Both the position numbers and the translations under genes were made by a program. The notes beneath the pieces were generated by a model. The model ran no database searches, was not told the DNA's origin, and was given only the letters and a program-made list of their open reading frames with translations. A stretch of 64,000 bases of DNA from Octopus vulgaris (lineage: Eukaryota). Shown one piece after another: positions 1 through 12,995 of this stretch (position 1 is the stretch's first letter; each line of letters starts with the position of its first letter). The stretch lies in contig OX597819.1 in assembly GCA_951406725.2 (NCBI GenBank), positions 118,172,001 through 118,236,000 on the forward strand. The letters are read 5' to 3'.

Positions 1-214
1 ACAGAAACAAACCGAGCACAACGAGAAAAAAAACACCAAAATTGACAAAATGCTATCTCACGAAACATGATAATGATCGTATATGGAAACATTCTTACGA
101 AATATAGTTTTCATGACCGACCTTGAAATTCTCTTGAACATTCCATCTGTTTTGTAAGCTTCACAATGTGGAATTCTTCTTCCGCCCATTCTAACAATGA
201 AACAGAATCCTTTT

Positions 215-410
215 CACAACTACAGCAGCAGCAGTAGCAGCAATTAACTCTATATCACCACCACTACCACGACTAGCACCACCACCACCACCAACACCAA
301 CACTGCCACTGTTGCTGCTGCTGCTGCTACTAATACTACCACTACTGCTACTACTACTACTGATGATGATGATGATGATGATGAGGGTGAGGAGAATGGT
401 GATGGTAATG
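215..410. repeat. Compound trinucleotide low-complexity tract (CAG/CAC/CTG/CTA/GAT)
   Basis: Runs such as cagcagcag, accaccacc, ctgctgctg, ctactacta and gatgatgat are directly visible; they explain ORFs 191..481 and 312..629. Confidence 0.9.
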
Positions 411-541
411 AAATATATTTTACTTAGAAACGATAGCAAATTAATTAAAGTCGAAGAATGTAGATATTTAGAGGAGGTCAAATTTTCGAGCGGTACAATT
501 TATATTTGCAGAAAACTTGGAACGCAAAGTTTTACTAGATT

Positions 542-544
<3 letters not shown>

Positions 545-621
<77 letters not shown>
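545..621. repeat. (TA)n microsatellite, one of dozens in the window
   Basis: Pure TA dinucleotide run. Confidence 0.95.
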
Positions 622-624
<3 letters not shown>

Positions 625-1149
625 TCTGATATGATATCAGATAATATGGGATATAAAGTACATGTTATAGAGTGTTAAGATCCTGAATGAGAGAAAAAAT
701 GTAAATTGAGAGACAGGGAAGGAAGTTGAATTATCAATCGTTTTTTTTTTCATCGATTTGTTATCATCGATTACATTACTTAATGAATGATGTTTAAAAA
801 AATTAGCGATCTACCTGTAATAAGTGAGATAAATTTGGAAGTATACATTTGCCATCTTGCGTAATATCAAGAAATGTAGGAAGACATTATAAATAAAATT
901 TGACTTTCATCAAATTTCTACGCGTTAATACAAAATGAAATCAATATAAAACTTTCAAAATTAAATTAATTTCCTTTAAAATAAGATTAAGTAAAAACAT
1001 TTCCCATATGTATATTTGTAATATGAATATTATTTTTCTAAATCTTATGAATATTGTCGCAATATAATCCATTGAGAAACATTTTCATTGGAAAAAATCT
1101 GTATGTTTTCTTTTAAAATTATCATTGGCTGCCAAAATGTCTCGTATTC

Positions 1150-1332
1150 ATTTATCATTTTAATTGTTTCAGTCATTTGACTGCGGCCATGTTGGAGCAC
1201 AGCCTTTAGTCCAGCAAATCGACCCCAGGACTTACTCTTTGTAAGCCTAGTACTTATTCTATCGGGTTCCGTTGCCGAACGCTAATTTAGGAGGGCGTAA
1301 ACATACCAGCATCAGTTGTCAAACGATGCTAG

Positions 1333-1377
<45 letters not shown>

Positions 1378-1541
1378 CACAACAGCTTCTTTCAGTTTCC
1401 GTCTACCAAATCCTCTGACGAAGGCTTTGGTCTGCCCGAGACTATAGTAGAAGATCCCTGCCCAAGCTTCCCCGCAGTGGGACTGAACGCGGAACCATGT
1501 GGTTGGTAAGCAAGGTACTTACCACACAACCACTCCTGCGA
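1150..1541 (-). mobile_element. tRNA-derived SINE family 1 with internal (CA)n/(TA)n microsatellite
   Basis: Reverse complement begins CGCAGGAGTGGTTGTGTGGTAAG (A-box-like) and contains GTTCAGTCCC (B-box-like); colinear with about 10 other copies in the window. Confidence 0.85.
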
Positions 1542-1724
1542 CTAATGCGCGTTCATCCTTCAACTCCGGTTTTAATTCTCGTTATAACTTACTCTTATTC
1601 TCTCTCATTTTGTCTCTCTACGATGCAAAATGGGTTCGGAGTAATCAACCGACTAAAAAAGCTTATAAATTTTATTGGTTTCAGTCATTTCACTGCGAGC
1701 ATCCCTGCAGAATCATCATGAGGA

Positions 1725-2916
1725 ATATTATTGGGTAAGACAGCCTTTGGCAGTAATTACAGCTTGAATTCTACGAGGTATGGACTCATCCAAAGTTTGA
1801 ATTTTTTCCAAAGCAATTTTTGTCCATTCTTCAGCTAAAACCGTCTCCAGTTCTTGTAGTGATAATGGTGCAGGATATCGACCCCTTACTTGTTTTTCTT
1901 AAATGCTTATTGAGATCTGGAGAGTGTGATGGACAGCTATGATGCTGAACTTCTCTAGAATGTTCCTCGTGTCATTCAGTAACACATTTAGCTGTGTGAA
2001 TTGATGCATTATCATCCTGAAAGATTGCGTTTCTCTTCGGAAATAGTTCCGCAGACATAGGATGCATTTGAACTAAAAAAAATGCTTAAATAGTCTTGAA
2101 TATTAATTCTGCCATGAAGGGAAAGCATTGGGCTGGCAGATTTCCAAGATATAGCCCTCCAGATCAGCACAGATCCTCCTCCATGTTTCATATTTTGGAA
2201 GAAGACAGTCTGGGTCAAATGCTTCTTTTGGCTGTCTCCACACGTATACTTCGCCTGCGGTAGGAAGTAGGTAAAGGATAACTCGTCCGAGAATATAACA
2301 TTCTTCCACTGCTCTAGGGACCAATTCTGTAGGTTTTTACACCGCTGTAAACGCTTTGCAATGTTTGCTTTTGAAAGTAGTGGTTTTCTTATTGCATTGC
2401 AGCCCTCCTGTGAAATCTGACTTTGTGCAGCTCCCCGCGAACAGTTTTTGTAGAAACTTGGTTCTCGGGGTGGGCATTAAGCTCTTCAGTAATTTTGGAA
2501 GATATGCTTTTGTGATCCTTTCTAACAATTCGCGTAAGAGTGCGACAGTCCCTATCTTTCAGAATTTCGTTTCTACGAGGAGGTGTTACCTTCTTTCATA
2601 AAGACTGTCACTACTTTCGAAACTTCTTGATACACCAAACATTTCGGCTGTTTTCGTTACGCTAGCGCCTGTCATACGAGCACCAACAATTTGACCTTTT
2701 TGAAAGTCCAATAGATCTGTCATTTTAATGAATTTTTGATACCTTTATCTAATGATATCTGAAAAGAAGCAGCAAAATTTAGCAAAGCGTATTAAGCAAC
2801 ACTAATAATAAATGAAAAAAACCCATAAAAATAAACAAGCTTTTGATGGTTTTATAGATATTTCAAAATTATGATGCTATGATGCTAGGTGTTTCTATTA
2901 TTTTGTCCCGCCCCTG
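1725..2916 (-). mobile_element. Decayed Tc1-like DNA transposon
   Basis: Minus-strand fragments KHGGGSVLIW and VYVWRQPKEAFDPDCL resemble Tc1 DDE transposase; TIR CAGGGGCGGGACAAAATAATAGAAAC next to TA at 2917-2918; same family as 38145-39405; frameshifted. Confidence 0.85.
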
Positions 2917-4047
2917 TATCTAATTGAATAGTTATACAGGTGAAACATGTATGTATGAATATGAAGTATTCATTCATAGTTTCGTATTTTGTATGTTTTG
3001 GAATGCTCCTTTTATTACTAATACCTCATTGTTATGTTTTTGGCATTTGTGATAACTGATAAAAGAATGAATGTATCTTACACTGGTTATATTACCTTGA
3101 CCACTTGAAAATGTATTTACGCCATGATTTGCTAGTTGTCTGCAGGGAGAGCAGTGAATGATTGATCGATGTTGAACATTTTGACTATCGTGATATTTGG
3201 CCTGAAAATATAAATTTATAATTGAATTCTGCTGCTCACAATCACTATGCCTCTGCTTGAGTAGATAAGCGTTTAAGAATGTTCAAGAACACCAGCTGCT
3301 GACTTTCTCGGAGAGATTGATTTTGTCATCCAAGTCACGAGGTTTGAAGTTTAAAATATTTGCCTTTGTGGTTGTTGAACATACGCGTTATTTTCTTCTA
3401 CTCCCGGGATTGATTTCAGCCATCACTTTTCTGGAAGCAACTGTATTGCGTCATACTTATTATTTCAAAGATTACAATAATCTAAAACCATTTATTTCAA
3501 CGAAGCAAATATAATAAACTTCTTTTTATCTCACATTCTATGGAAGGGAGTAGAACAAGATTTTTTGTGGTTCTTCCCCTTATTGCCCCGAAGAAAGATT
3601 TGCGAATCCTTTGGCTTTTATTCTGTCAATAGTTACAAAATGATCCAGCTCATTTTACTGTTAAAAATTTTCCCATCTCTTGAAAGCCACCAAAGAACCT
3701 GTCGAAATGTAGGTGCCAAATTTAACATGCATTTTGTGAACAAACATGTCTGTATGAATACTATACAGAATAATGCTTACCTATATCTATATTCCCGAAC
3801 AGTCCACTTCATAAGTCTACTATTTATTTGATTGCTTATATATTTATGTATTTGTATAATACTTACAATATGCACCTTAACAAAAATAAGTAGGGACATT
3901 GTCAAAATGAAAAGGATGCCGCTGATCGGAAACCAATAGGGTTCGAAAATCGATTAAGGTTGATCATCGCTCTGCAGAGAAATGGCTAAAATTTGCCCTG
4001 TTTATAATCATACCATATGTTACACTTGTATATATTTATATACATGA

Positions 4048-4115
<68 letters not shown>

Positions 4116-4136
4116 CGCATATATCTTTCACTTTAT

Positions 4137-4240
4137 AGGCGCAGGAGTGGCTGTGTGGTACGTAACTTGCTTTCCAACCACATGGTTCCAAATTCAGTCC
4201 CACTGCGGGGCACCTTGAGTAAGTGTCGTCTGCTATAGCC

Positions 4241-4296
<56 letters not shown>

Positions 4297-4525
4297 TGTT
4301 TGTTTGTGTGTGTGTGTCTTTGTGTCTTTGTCTCCCCACCATCACTTGAAAACCGATGTTGGTGTGTTTACGTTCCCGTAACTTAGCGGCTCGGCATAAG
4401 ACACTGATAGAATAAGTACTAGGCTTACAAAGAATAAGTCCTGGGGTCGATCGATTTGCTCGACTAAAGGCGGTGCTCCAGCATTGCCACAGTCAAATGA
4501 CTGAAACAAGTAAAATAATATAAAA
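4137..4525 (+). mobile_element. SINE family 1 copy with internal deletion
   Basis: Starts aggcgcaggagtggctgtgtggta; ends cagtcaaatgactgaaacaagtaaaa. Confidence 0.85.
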
Positions 4526-4905
4526 AATAGCACTGACAATAACTGTTACTTACGAATCATGGCAAACATTTTTATCAAACAGATAAAAGATATTGGAATA
4601 TTCGATACATAGACTCCTTTGTGTCGTCATAATGGATAGTAAATTCAATTTTTTCCATTTTAATGACTGTTACTAACAAGTGCTAAATCATCTGAACGCA
4701 TATTGAACAGAATTATGCTGTTATGCAGCAGACAGTTTATGGCCACATATATCATTACAAAATCAGTGACATGTCTGCTGAAACTAATAATTCCAATTCC
4801 AGTGCATATTATGTAAATCAAATTCTCCAATTAACCCTAAAATTAATGCTATCTGTAATTTAATGTCACTAAATATCATAGAAGCTGCGCCTTTTGCCCA
4901 CAACG

Positions 4906-5243
4906 ACCAGCGGTGTGTAGCAACATCTGATAGCTTGGTCGATTATTAAATCGACCAAGCTATCAGATGTTGCTACACACCGCTGGTAACAATGCGCTTG
5001 GCATTGTTTTAACCTTCGAATCACGCCACCCCGCTGGCTAAACGAGCAGGCCAACAGAAGAAAGAGTGAGAGAAAGTTTTGGCGAAAGAGTACAGCAGGA
5101 ATCATCACCAGCCCCTGCCGGAGCCTCGTGGAATTTAGCTGTTTTCGCAAAATAAACACTCACGACGCCCGGTCTGAAAATAGAAACCTCGATCCTACGA
5201 CAACCGGTCCGCTTCCATAACCACTGGGCCATTGCGCCTCCAC
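4906..5243 (-). mobile_element. tRNA-derived SINE (family 4) whose 3' end is folded back into a hairpin
   Basis: Minus strand starts GTGGAGGCGCAATGGCCCAGTGGTTA (tRNA-like A box); 39-bp perfect inverted repeat at 4906-4987. Confidence 0.7.
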
Positions 5244-5439
5244 AAGGTGTATAATAATATGATTAATATATTCTGGTATTATCTCAAATTTTCTTATATT
5301 TATTCAGTATATTTACGTTGTTGTACATAGATTATTAGATTATTATTGTTGTTATTGTTGTTATTGTTGTTGTTGTTCAATTTCTGTAGGTGTCGGATCT
5401 ATGCAATGGAAAAAAAAAACAGTAATGGAAAGAGGAATT

Positions 5440-6090
5440 CACCTTAAAGGATTCTTCGGTTGAAGTTCATGCTGCTGGATTGGCTCTCTTCATTACAATC
5501 GTTTAGAAAGAGATGTGTGTCGCATTTAGTCCTGTTATTTTATAAGAAATTGGAAACGACAGGAGAGATCTTGTATATCTCAAGTCCCTTGAGAATGCAT
5601 TTATGTGGGACGCTATCAAACACTTTTCAGTAGTCTATCTAAGCCATAAAATGTGTTTCTTATTGCTCAGGTAATTCTCTGCAATAATTCTGTTTATGTG
5701 CAATTAGTCTTTGCACCCATAAGAATCTCTTTTACAACCTTTTTTAACTTGTGGAAGAATAGAGTTCTGCTCGAGGAAAACATACTTTTTCTAAGTTAGT
5801 ATGAACACGAGGATCTTGTAAGCGGTGGAAGTGATCTGTAAATTCTGTTAGTAATGGCCCCGGGGCACCTATAACAACTGCGATTACTCATGTAGAAACA
5901 GAATCGTTGTATTTCCCTAGCCAAATACTCGTGTTTTCCTATTTTTCCTGTTCTTCTTTTTCCCATTTCTTGTCATTACCGACAATATTTTGTCGCCTGG
6001 TATGAATTTCGAGATCAGTTTGTACATTAAAGTCCCATAAAATCTTGTACTGGGATTTCTTTCTTGTTGATGTTCTTACAATTTTCTTCC
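5440..6090 (-). mobile_element. Decayed non-LTR retrotransposon RT fragment, R4/Dong-like
   Basis: Manual minus-strand translation gives FLEQNSILPQVKKGCKRDSYGCKD*L and a DY.K.FDSVPH..I...LEIYKI-like segment, matching the QKGC..GCKDQL and DYKKAFDSVPH motifs; stops and frameshifts present. Confidence 0.65.
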
Positions 6091-6180
6091 TCCTGCAAAT
6101 CATGCCGTAAATAATAATATTATGTTTCTCAGTGACATATGTATCTAATATATAGATATATAACTCATATATAATAATAG

Positions 6181-6526
6181 GCGCGTGAAGGCGCGTGGCT
6201 CAGTGGTTAGAGCGTCGAGCTTACGATCGTGAGGTTGTGAGCTCGAATCCCGGACCGGGCTGCGTGTTGTGTTCTTGAGCAAGACACTTTATTTCACGTT
6301 GCTCCAGTTCACTCAGCTGTATAAATGAGTTGCGACGTCACAGGTGCCAAGCTGTATCGGCCCTTGCCTTTCCCTTGGACAACATCGGTGACGTGGAGAG
6401 GGGAGGCCGATATGCGTGGGCGACTGCTGGTCTTCCATAAAAAAACAACCTTGCCCAGACCTGTGCCTCAGAGGGTAACTCTCTAGGTGCAAACCCATGG
6501 TCAGTGTCTGACCGAAGGGGGTCACC
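6181..6526 (+). mobile_element. tRNA-derived CORE-like SINE (family 3), full length with TSD
   Basis: A box TGGCTCAGTGG, B-box-like GCTCGAATCC, CORE-like ttgagcaagacactttatttc...cagctgtataaatg; flanked by the direct repeat ataataatag at 6171-6180 and 6527-6536. Confidence 0.85.
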
Positions 6527-7299
6527 ATAATAATAGATTACTATTATAACTTGATATTGTTTAAATCATGTGCAACAATTTCTTTTTTTTTCTTTATAAA
6601 ACAATTAATTAATAGTACGAACCGAATACTTTCTAGAGCGTCAATCAAGTCAATGAAAACAATTACTGGTTCTCTGGAAGTTCGTTTAGGGACTTCGTTC
6701 TTAGGCAAATCTCTGTTAGTATCCGTAGGATTTCAACAGAGATTATTTAGATACAGAACAAATAACACACGGCCTTGTATACGGTGATTTAATACATCTA
6801 TGCTTTAATATATTTAAAATAAAAAAATACTGATTTTAGCAAGTATTGAGTCGGTGAGTGCGATAATCTCTATGATCAACAACACACCTTCCTATTTTGC
6901 CTTCGCTGATTATGCTTAAGGAAGTGACATAACTGTTTAACGCAAGATGATAATGTATAAAACACCGTGCTGGTGTACTAGACACAATTCCTCTTCCGTA
7001 TTTGAAGGTATATTCATTGACAAACGCTGAGAGAAGTTGGATTGTGATGAAGATTTTCAAGAAACAACTAACCAAGCTTGGACACAATTCTTTCTAGATA
7101 TTTCGGGAATTCAAAAGGTGATGCCCATGGCAATTCCTTCATCGATTTCTCGACTAACACTGCGTTTCCATTCGAAAAGATGCGATATTCGTGCACAAAC
7201 ATGAATAATGCCACTGTTTTAATCCAAATCACACAGTGAATATAGATTATAATTTTAAATCTGAAAATCTGGTTGCTGCTCTGTTTCGTAGCATAGTGA

Positions 7300-8497
7300 A
7301 GATATAGAAATAAATTTACAATTGCTGGAAAGCACTCACCTTTATAGATTTTGAAAATGGCTACCTACGGCGTAAAATTGTCACATGCACGGTGGTGACC
7401 GCATGCATGCTACTGACATTCAGTATCTGTATTATGTATAGATTGCTTTCATACACTTTCCTTTTCAAGTAGAAACCCCAGAGATAATAATCACGCAGTT
7501 AAACATCAAAAGAACGTAGTGACCACGACGTTATGCTATATGGTGCGTGAAAAAGAATCCTGCTGGAAGAAGTACGCCTGTCTTCTGCCTTCTGTGAGTT
7601 GAGCACACAATTAGTCCAATGTGTTTATATAGACATCCATGTTGACAGTACTGTGAAATAATATCGGTTCAATGAATCGTATCCCTGAAAAGCACACCAA
7701 ACACCGTTTTTTTTTCATTTGGGAGTGGCTGCCCATATGCAAGGAGAGGACACTCCACAAACCAGTACTATGTGTTTTCTGAATTTAAGTGACTGAAGAG
7801 ATGAAGCCATACCTCATTACCCATAATGTACTGGAATGGGTGCATCTACCCATTAGCAATGCTATTCATTAGACTTGTGCAGTAATTTACTCGTTTTCTT
7901 CTGTCATGCCCTTTTAATTGCTGTATATATGGGAAATGATATGGCTTCAAATTTAGACTTTTCAAAACCCGTTGGAAATGTGTGAGTCTGTTGCGCCAAT
8001 TTACGTGTTGACTTATTTGGACTTCGTGTAATCCTTTGGTGAATGTCCTGCATAACTCCCAGTATTCGAACTCGTGGGTATCTTGGGACGTTATGCCCTC
8101 ATCCCCGTAACATGCCACTTTCTTAACAGACATTTGTATCACTCTCTTACTCAGTAAACTTGACTTCTGAAATTTTACACATTTCTTTAACAGAATCCGT
8201 TCCCACACACTTCCACAACCTCCACCCTTTCCATTGAGTACGTCATTTTGTGGAAAAGCTAGAAATGTTAGCGCAGTGCAAAACTCACAATCTGCCAATG
8301 TGTTAAGGATGCGGTGAGTAAAACGTACCAAACAGTTGACTAATGCGCCATCCTTGTTCATCAGTTACAAGCGGTCCAAGTAACAAAATGACACATGCAA
8401 ACGAAAAGCTGAGTACTTTAACTTGTGTGTGCAAATTGATTTCTGCATTTACACTATGCCACCGAACCCGTGGTACGTTTCCGTTCACCACCCTGTA
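7300..8497 (-). mobile_element. Decayed Tc3/DUF4817-type Tc1-mariner superfamily transposon
   Basis: ORF 7846..8361 ends LKSLNLKPYHFPYIQQLKGHDRRKRVNYC; a shifted frame continues NEVWLHLFSHLNSENT*YW (SDEAWFHL..VN.QN-like); TIR-like TACAGGGTGGTGAACGG at the right end. Confidence 0.7.
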
Positions 8498-9189
8498 TAA
8501 CGATTCACATTGAAACAACTGATATAATCAGTATAAGGCTTGATTCTGTGTGTCCAGATATTTTTCTTGAACTTAGATATTTTATGTAATATTAATAGAC
8601 AAACTACATGTGTAGAATAAAACGAAGATGACATCTCTCTTCCTTACATATTCTTAAATGTTACCTAATCAAAAGAAATTGGTCAACATATATGAGACTT
8701 CCTGAGACCTGCGACAATTATTGGAGGAATGGAAATATCCGCAGAGCAGAAATTTGACCCAGGTGTTTGTAACCTACTGAAATCATACAAAGAAGTGTGG
8801 TGTTGGAAGGGATATAGATAAGTTCTTTAACTTCAAAACAACGTCATTCTTTGCTTTATATTTGGACAAAAATTTGCTTCTACAATCTCCATTCTGAAAG
8901 CTTTATTTGACATGAGACTGTTAGAGGAAACACATGAACCAAGCATATAATAGTCGAATTACGCATCACATTTCTTCATGAAATTTTAGAAATCTATTGT
9001 TCATTCAATTTATATACCGATCTGTTGTAAAGTGGTGAACACAACTTCAAATATCAAAATTATGTGATTGTGAATCATTAAAATTTGTCTGTGACTCTTC
9101 CCCTTCACTTCTCTTCACTCGGCTTTACTTCAGTTCGATTTCCACTCTCTCCTTTTTCCTCCTCCTCACTATCTCCTCACCTACTTACC

Positions 9190-9339
9190 CAATGCGTAAC
9201 TAGTACTTAATTCATCGAACCTGAAAAGATAAAAGGCAAAGTCGACCTCGGCGGAATGTGAACTCAGAACATAAAGACAGACGAAATAACGCTAAGCATT
9301 TCGTCCGGCGTGCTAACGTTTCTGCCAGTTCGCTGCCTT
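9190..9339 (-). mobile_element. SINE family 2 copy (5' part)
   Basis: Reverse complement AAGGCAGCGAACTGGCAGAAACGTTAGC...GAGTTCACATTCCGCCGAGGTCGACTTTGCC; homologous to 61322-61560. Confidence 0.8.
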
Positions 9340-9889
9340 ATTTATTTATTCTTAGTAAACTGTGGCTGGTTTGAACGTCAATATATTATCATTATTGAAT
9401 TCTGTCACCGACAGACACCAAACTTTCAACGATGTGTGTTGAAAATACACAAGATTATTTTTATGAAAGAGACAAATATTCTGACACTAGCACGCATAAA
9501 ACCATAATTTCTTTGCTGATTTCTATAAAAACGAACCGGTTACTCGTCTAATATTAATTTCCGTGAGAAGAAGTTGACGAACGAATCTTATGGTGAGGGT
9601 GAAATACCGATGAACGCACATCGTCTATAGAAGACAGTATGCTGATCACATTCAAAATCGATCAGCATATTCATGTTCAAATTCAGCAGAACATATTAGG
9701 AGTAAATAGATATGTCACTGACTGGATTCTCCCTCCCAAGTATGCAAATTATGGACCATACACATCCGCGCACGCACACACACACACACACACGAACACT
9801 CGAACGCACACACACCCATGCACCACATACACATGCACATATAGGTACCTATCTACATACATACATATATACATACATATTTATATTCC

Positions 9890-10124
9890 TTTATTCTTTT
9901 AATTGTTGATCTCATTTAACTACGTCCATGGTGGAACACCGTCTTAAAAGGTGCTAGTCGAAAAAATCGATCCCAGGTCTTATTCTTTGTAAGTCTAGTA
10001 CTTATTCTATCGCTTTCTTTCGCCGAAACGCTAAGTTACTGGACATAAGCACACCAACATTGATTTTCAAGCGATGGCGGGGGAGGGGCAAACACAGACA
10101 CACACATACAAGCATATACAAATA

Positions 10125-10173
<49 letters not shown>

Positions 10174-10329
10174 TGCAGGCTTCTTTCAGTTTCCGTCAAC
10201 CAAATCCACTCACAAAGATTTGGATGGCCGAGGATGAAGTAGAAGACATTTGCCCAAGATACCACGCACTGAGACCGGAACCAAGTGGTTGGGAAGCAAG
10301 CATCTTGACACACAGGTACTCCTACGCCT
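9890..10329 (-). mobile_element. SINE family 1 copy
   Basis: Colinear with 36565-36997, including the internal (CA)n(TA)n tract. Confidence 0.8.
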
Positions 10330-10341
10330 AAGGTGTGAGAT

Positions 10342-10450
10342 GCTCACAGCACCTAGGTTTCCCAAGCGTTTACCCATTTAAGTTCTAACTAGGCTCGACG
10401 TTGCTTAACTTCGGTGATCGTAAGAGAACCGGAGAATACTTCGTGACATG
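10342..10450 (-). pseudogene. 5S rRNA pseudogene or 5S-derived sequence
   Basis: Minus strand CCGGTTCTCTTACGATCACCGAAGTTAAGCAACGTCGAGCCTAGTTAGAACTTAAATGGGTAAACGCTTGGGAAACCTAGGTGCTGT aligns by eye to invertebrate 5S rRNA (CCGGTTCTCGTCCGATCACCGAAGTTAAGCAACGTCGAGCC...GTTAGTACTTGGATGGGTGACCGCCTGGGAA...GGTGCTGT); 5' end and box C are diverged. Confidence 0.85.
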
Positions 10451-11376
10451 TGTCTGTATTTATGCATAAGTATATAATATGTAAATCTATATTGACCACC
10501 CCACACAGAACTAAAATGTGTCACGTTGTCCAAATATTCGAATATTCACACATCAGAAGTTTGAAGCGTATAAACCACTCTCTGATAGATGTTCTATAGA
10601 AAGTAAGCACTTCAAGTCCCCTAAGATTCAATGCAATTGTAATTATGTCAGCCATGTCAGGCAAAATGCCACATTTATTATTCTACTTCTAGTTTAGGTT
10701 AATATTCGAAATAGCTGTGGAATAAATTCCAATTTTCCGAAGCATTGAATTGCACCTGAGCACTTTATTCTATAAGCTCGTTGATAATGTTATATTCGGC
10801 CAGTTATAATACAAAGTATACCTATTTCTGTTAAGGAAATAACTAAAACACACATCGTTAAAAATCGCCAGACGATATCCTTACATGCATAGTTGAAGTA
10901 TAGGAGCTATATATATGCAGGTGTATAAATGTTTTTTCCTCTTGCAAAGAGTATAAAAGTTATAACTGTAGTAATTTCAGAAGCATATAGAATGCACGAA
11001 AATATAACTCAGACTTCGGATATGAACAGATGTTATTTTCCTTTTCTTCATTCATTAAATCAGTATATTACAATCTATATAATCTACGAAATGGTAAACG
11101 AAAAATCAATATTAAAAGCTCGAAATCAAATCAAATATGAATAACAAATATGAATAACAATAACATAGAAGAGAGAAAAAAATATATAATCAAAGATTAA
11201 TTTGTAACTATATTCACAATTTCACTCTGGGCAATGTTAAGCATGATTTCTGTACTATGTGTGAGTTGAGTCGTTGTTTTGTTGTTTGAGTTGATTCTGT
11301 TTAAGTTTTATACAAAACTTTTGGCACATTTGAATAAAATACGTACACACATACACGCACACACACACACATATAC

Positions 11377-11425
<49 letters not shown>

Positions 11426-11521
11426 CGTATATACATAAGCACATATGCATTGCAATTGTTTGATTTAAATATACGTTAAGTATGTATGTATACATATATA
11501 TAGTTAAAAGTTCATATACAA

Positions 11522-11591
<70 letters not shown>

Positions 11592-11672
11592 GTGTGTGTG
11601 TGTGTAACGAGAGAGAGAGAGAGAGCGCGGAGAGAAATCCATATTTGTATTTATAATAATAATAATGATAAT

Positions 11673-11724
<52 letters not shown>

Positions 11725-12132
11725 TTTGATTTTGTTATTTTTATTACTATTAGTATTATTGTAATTGTCACTATTATTATCATTATATGTATAAACTCCT
11801 AACTAAACATTACATAAATAAATGACTGAATTGGATGCTTAATTTTTGAACATTTATTTTAAAGGAGGTGTTTGTTTACTTTAGCTGCAAATAAAACTCT
11901 GAGATAACCGAAAGAGTGCACTTCAAAAATATCTCGAGGCATTGGAGTGACAGAAACAATACTGCGCCTGTGTAAAGTTATCACAAAACATTATTTCCGC
12001 GTTAACTGATTTCTCAGTTCATTTCTCGTTCTAATGTTCAATTTTCATAGCTCTATAAATGAATATTCTAAATTTGACTACCTCCTGTCAGTGCAACTTG
12101 CTGCAAAACAACTGCGGGGAGGATGCCGCCTT

Positions 12133-12164
<32 letters not shown>

Positions 12165-12280
12165 TGTATGTATGTATGTATGTATGTATGTATGTATGTA
12201 TGTATGTATGTATGCATGTATGTATGTGTGTATCTATCTATCTATCTATCTATCAATCCATCCATCTATCTATCTATATA

Positions 12281-12708
12281 TCTTCTCTATATATAAACGG
12301 CAGTTTGTCTGTCTGTGTGTCTGTGTGTCTGTCAGGTTGTACCCTCACCCTGACCACGGCTTTCAACCGATTCTGATGAAACTAGACACACACATAGCCC
12401 AATGTCATATTTCAAAACTAACGCAGCGAAAATTGTGAAAAGTTCCCCAGTTCTGAAAAAATCGATAAATTCGACATGGGGTCGAGAATCTAAGATTTTT
12501 ATATGCAACACATTTTCTGTTGTAGTTTTTGCAACTTGCAATCGGGAGACAGCTAGGAACGTCGTATACACAGACGTATTCGAGTGAAGAGAAGACATTG
12601 CAACCTACACATGCGCCTTCGTTCTCTAGAGGGAAAGAACTAGATTGGGATTAGTCGTTGCCTACTAGGGGCTCTTACATACCCGGGCAACGCTGGGCTG
12701 TGCTGCTA

Positions 12709-12709
<1 letters not shown>
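12281..12709 (+). mobile_element. Non-autonomous Helitron
   Basis: 5' A|TC terminus (tcttctctatatataaac), subterminal (TGTC)n-like tract, 3' GC-rich hairpin cccgggcaacgctggg followed by CTAG|T; no TSD. Confidence 0.8.
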
Positions 12710-12751
<42 letters not shown>

Positions 12752-12770
12752 CATACATACATACACACAT

Positions 12771-12818
<48 letters not shown>

Positions 12819-12838
12819 GTACATATATGTGTGTGTGC

Positions 12839-12874
<36 letters not shown>

Positions 12875-12939
12875 TTAGATATATGATTATATACATATAT
12901 AAGAAAATATATATAGGCATATGTACGTATGTGTACATG

Positions 12940-12995
<56 letters not shown>

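Noticed and set aside
6186-6260. Possible functional tRNA gene
   Set aside because: The tRNA-like region runs straight into a SINE body with a TSD and a second copy at 41 kb; it has no proper acceptor stem or terminator.
6560-7260. Minus-strand EGIAMG motif suggesting a Penelope RT
   Set aside because: A single short motif; no flanking RT motifs could be read.
8620-9095. Possible Merlin/ISXO2-like transposase remnant (TIIGG, VWCW, VNH)
   Set aside because: Motifs are too short and frameshifted, and no TIRs were seen.
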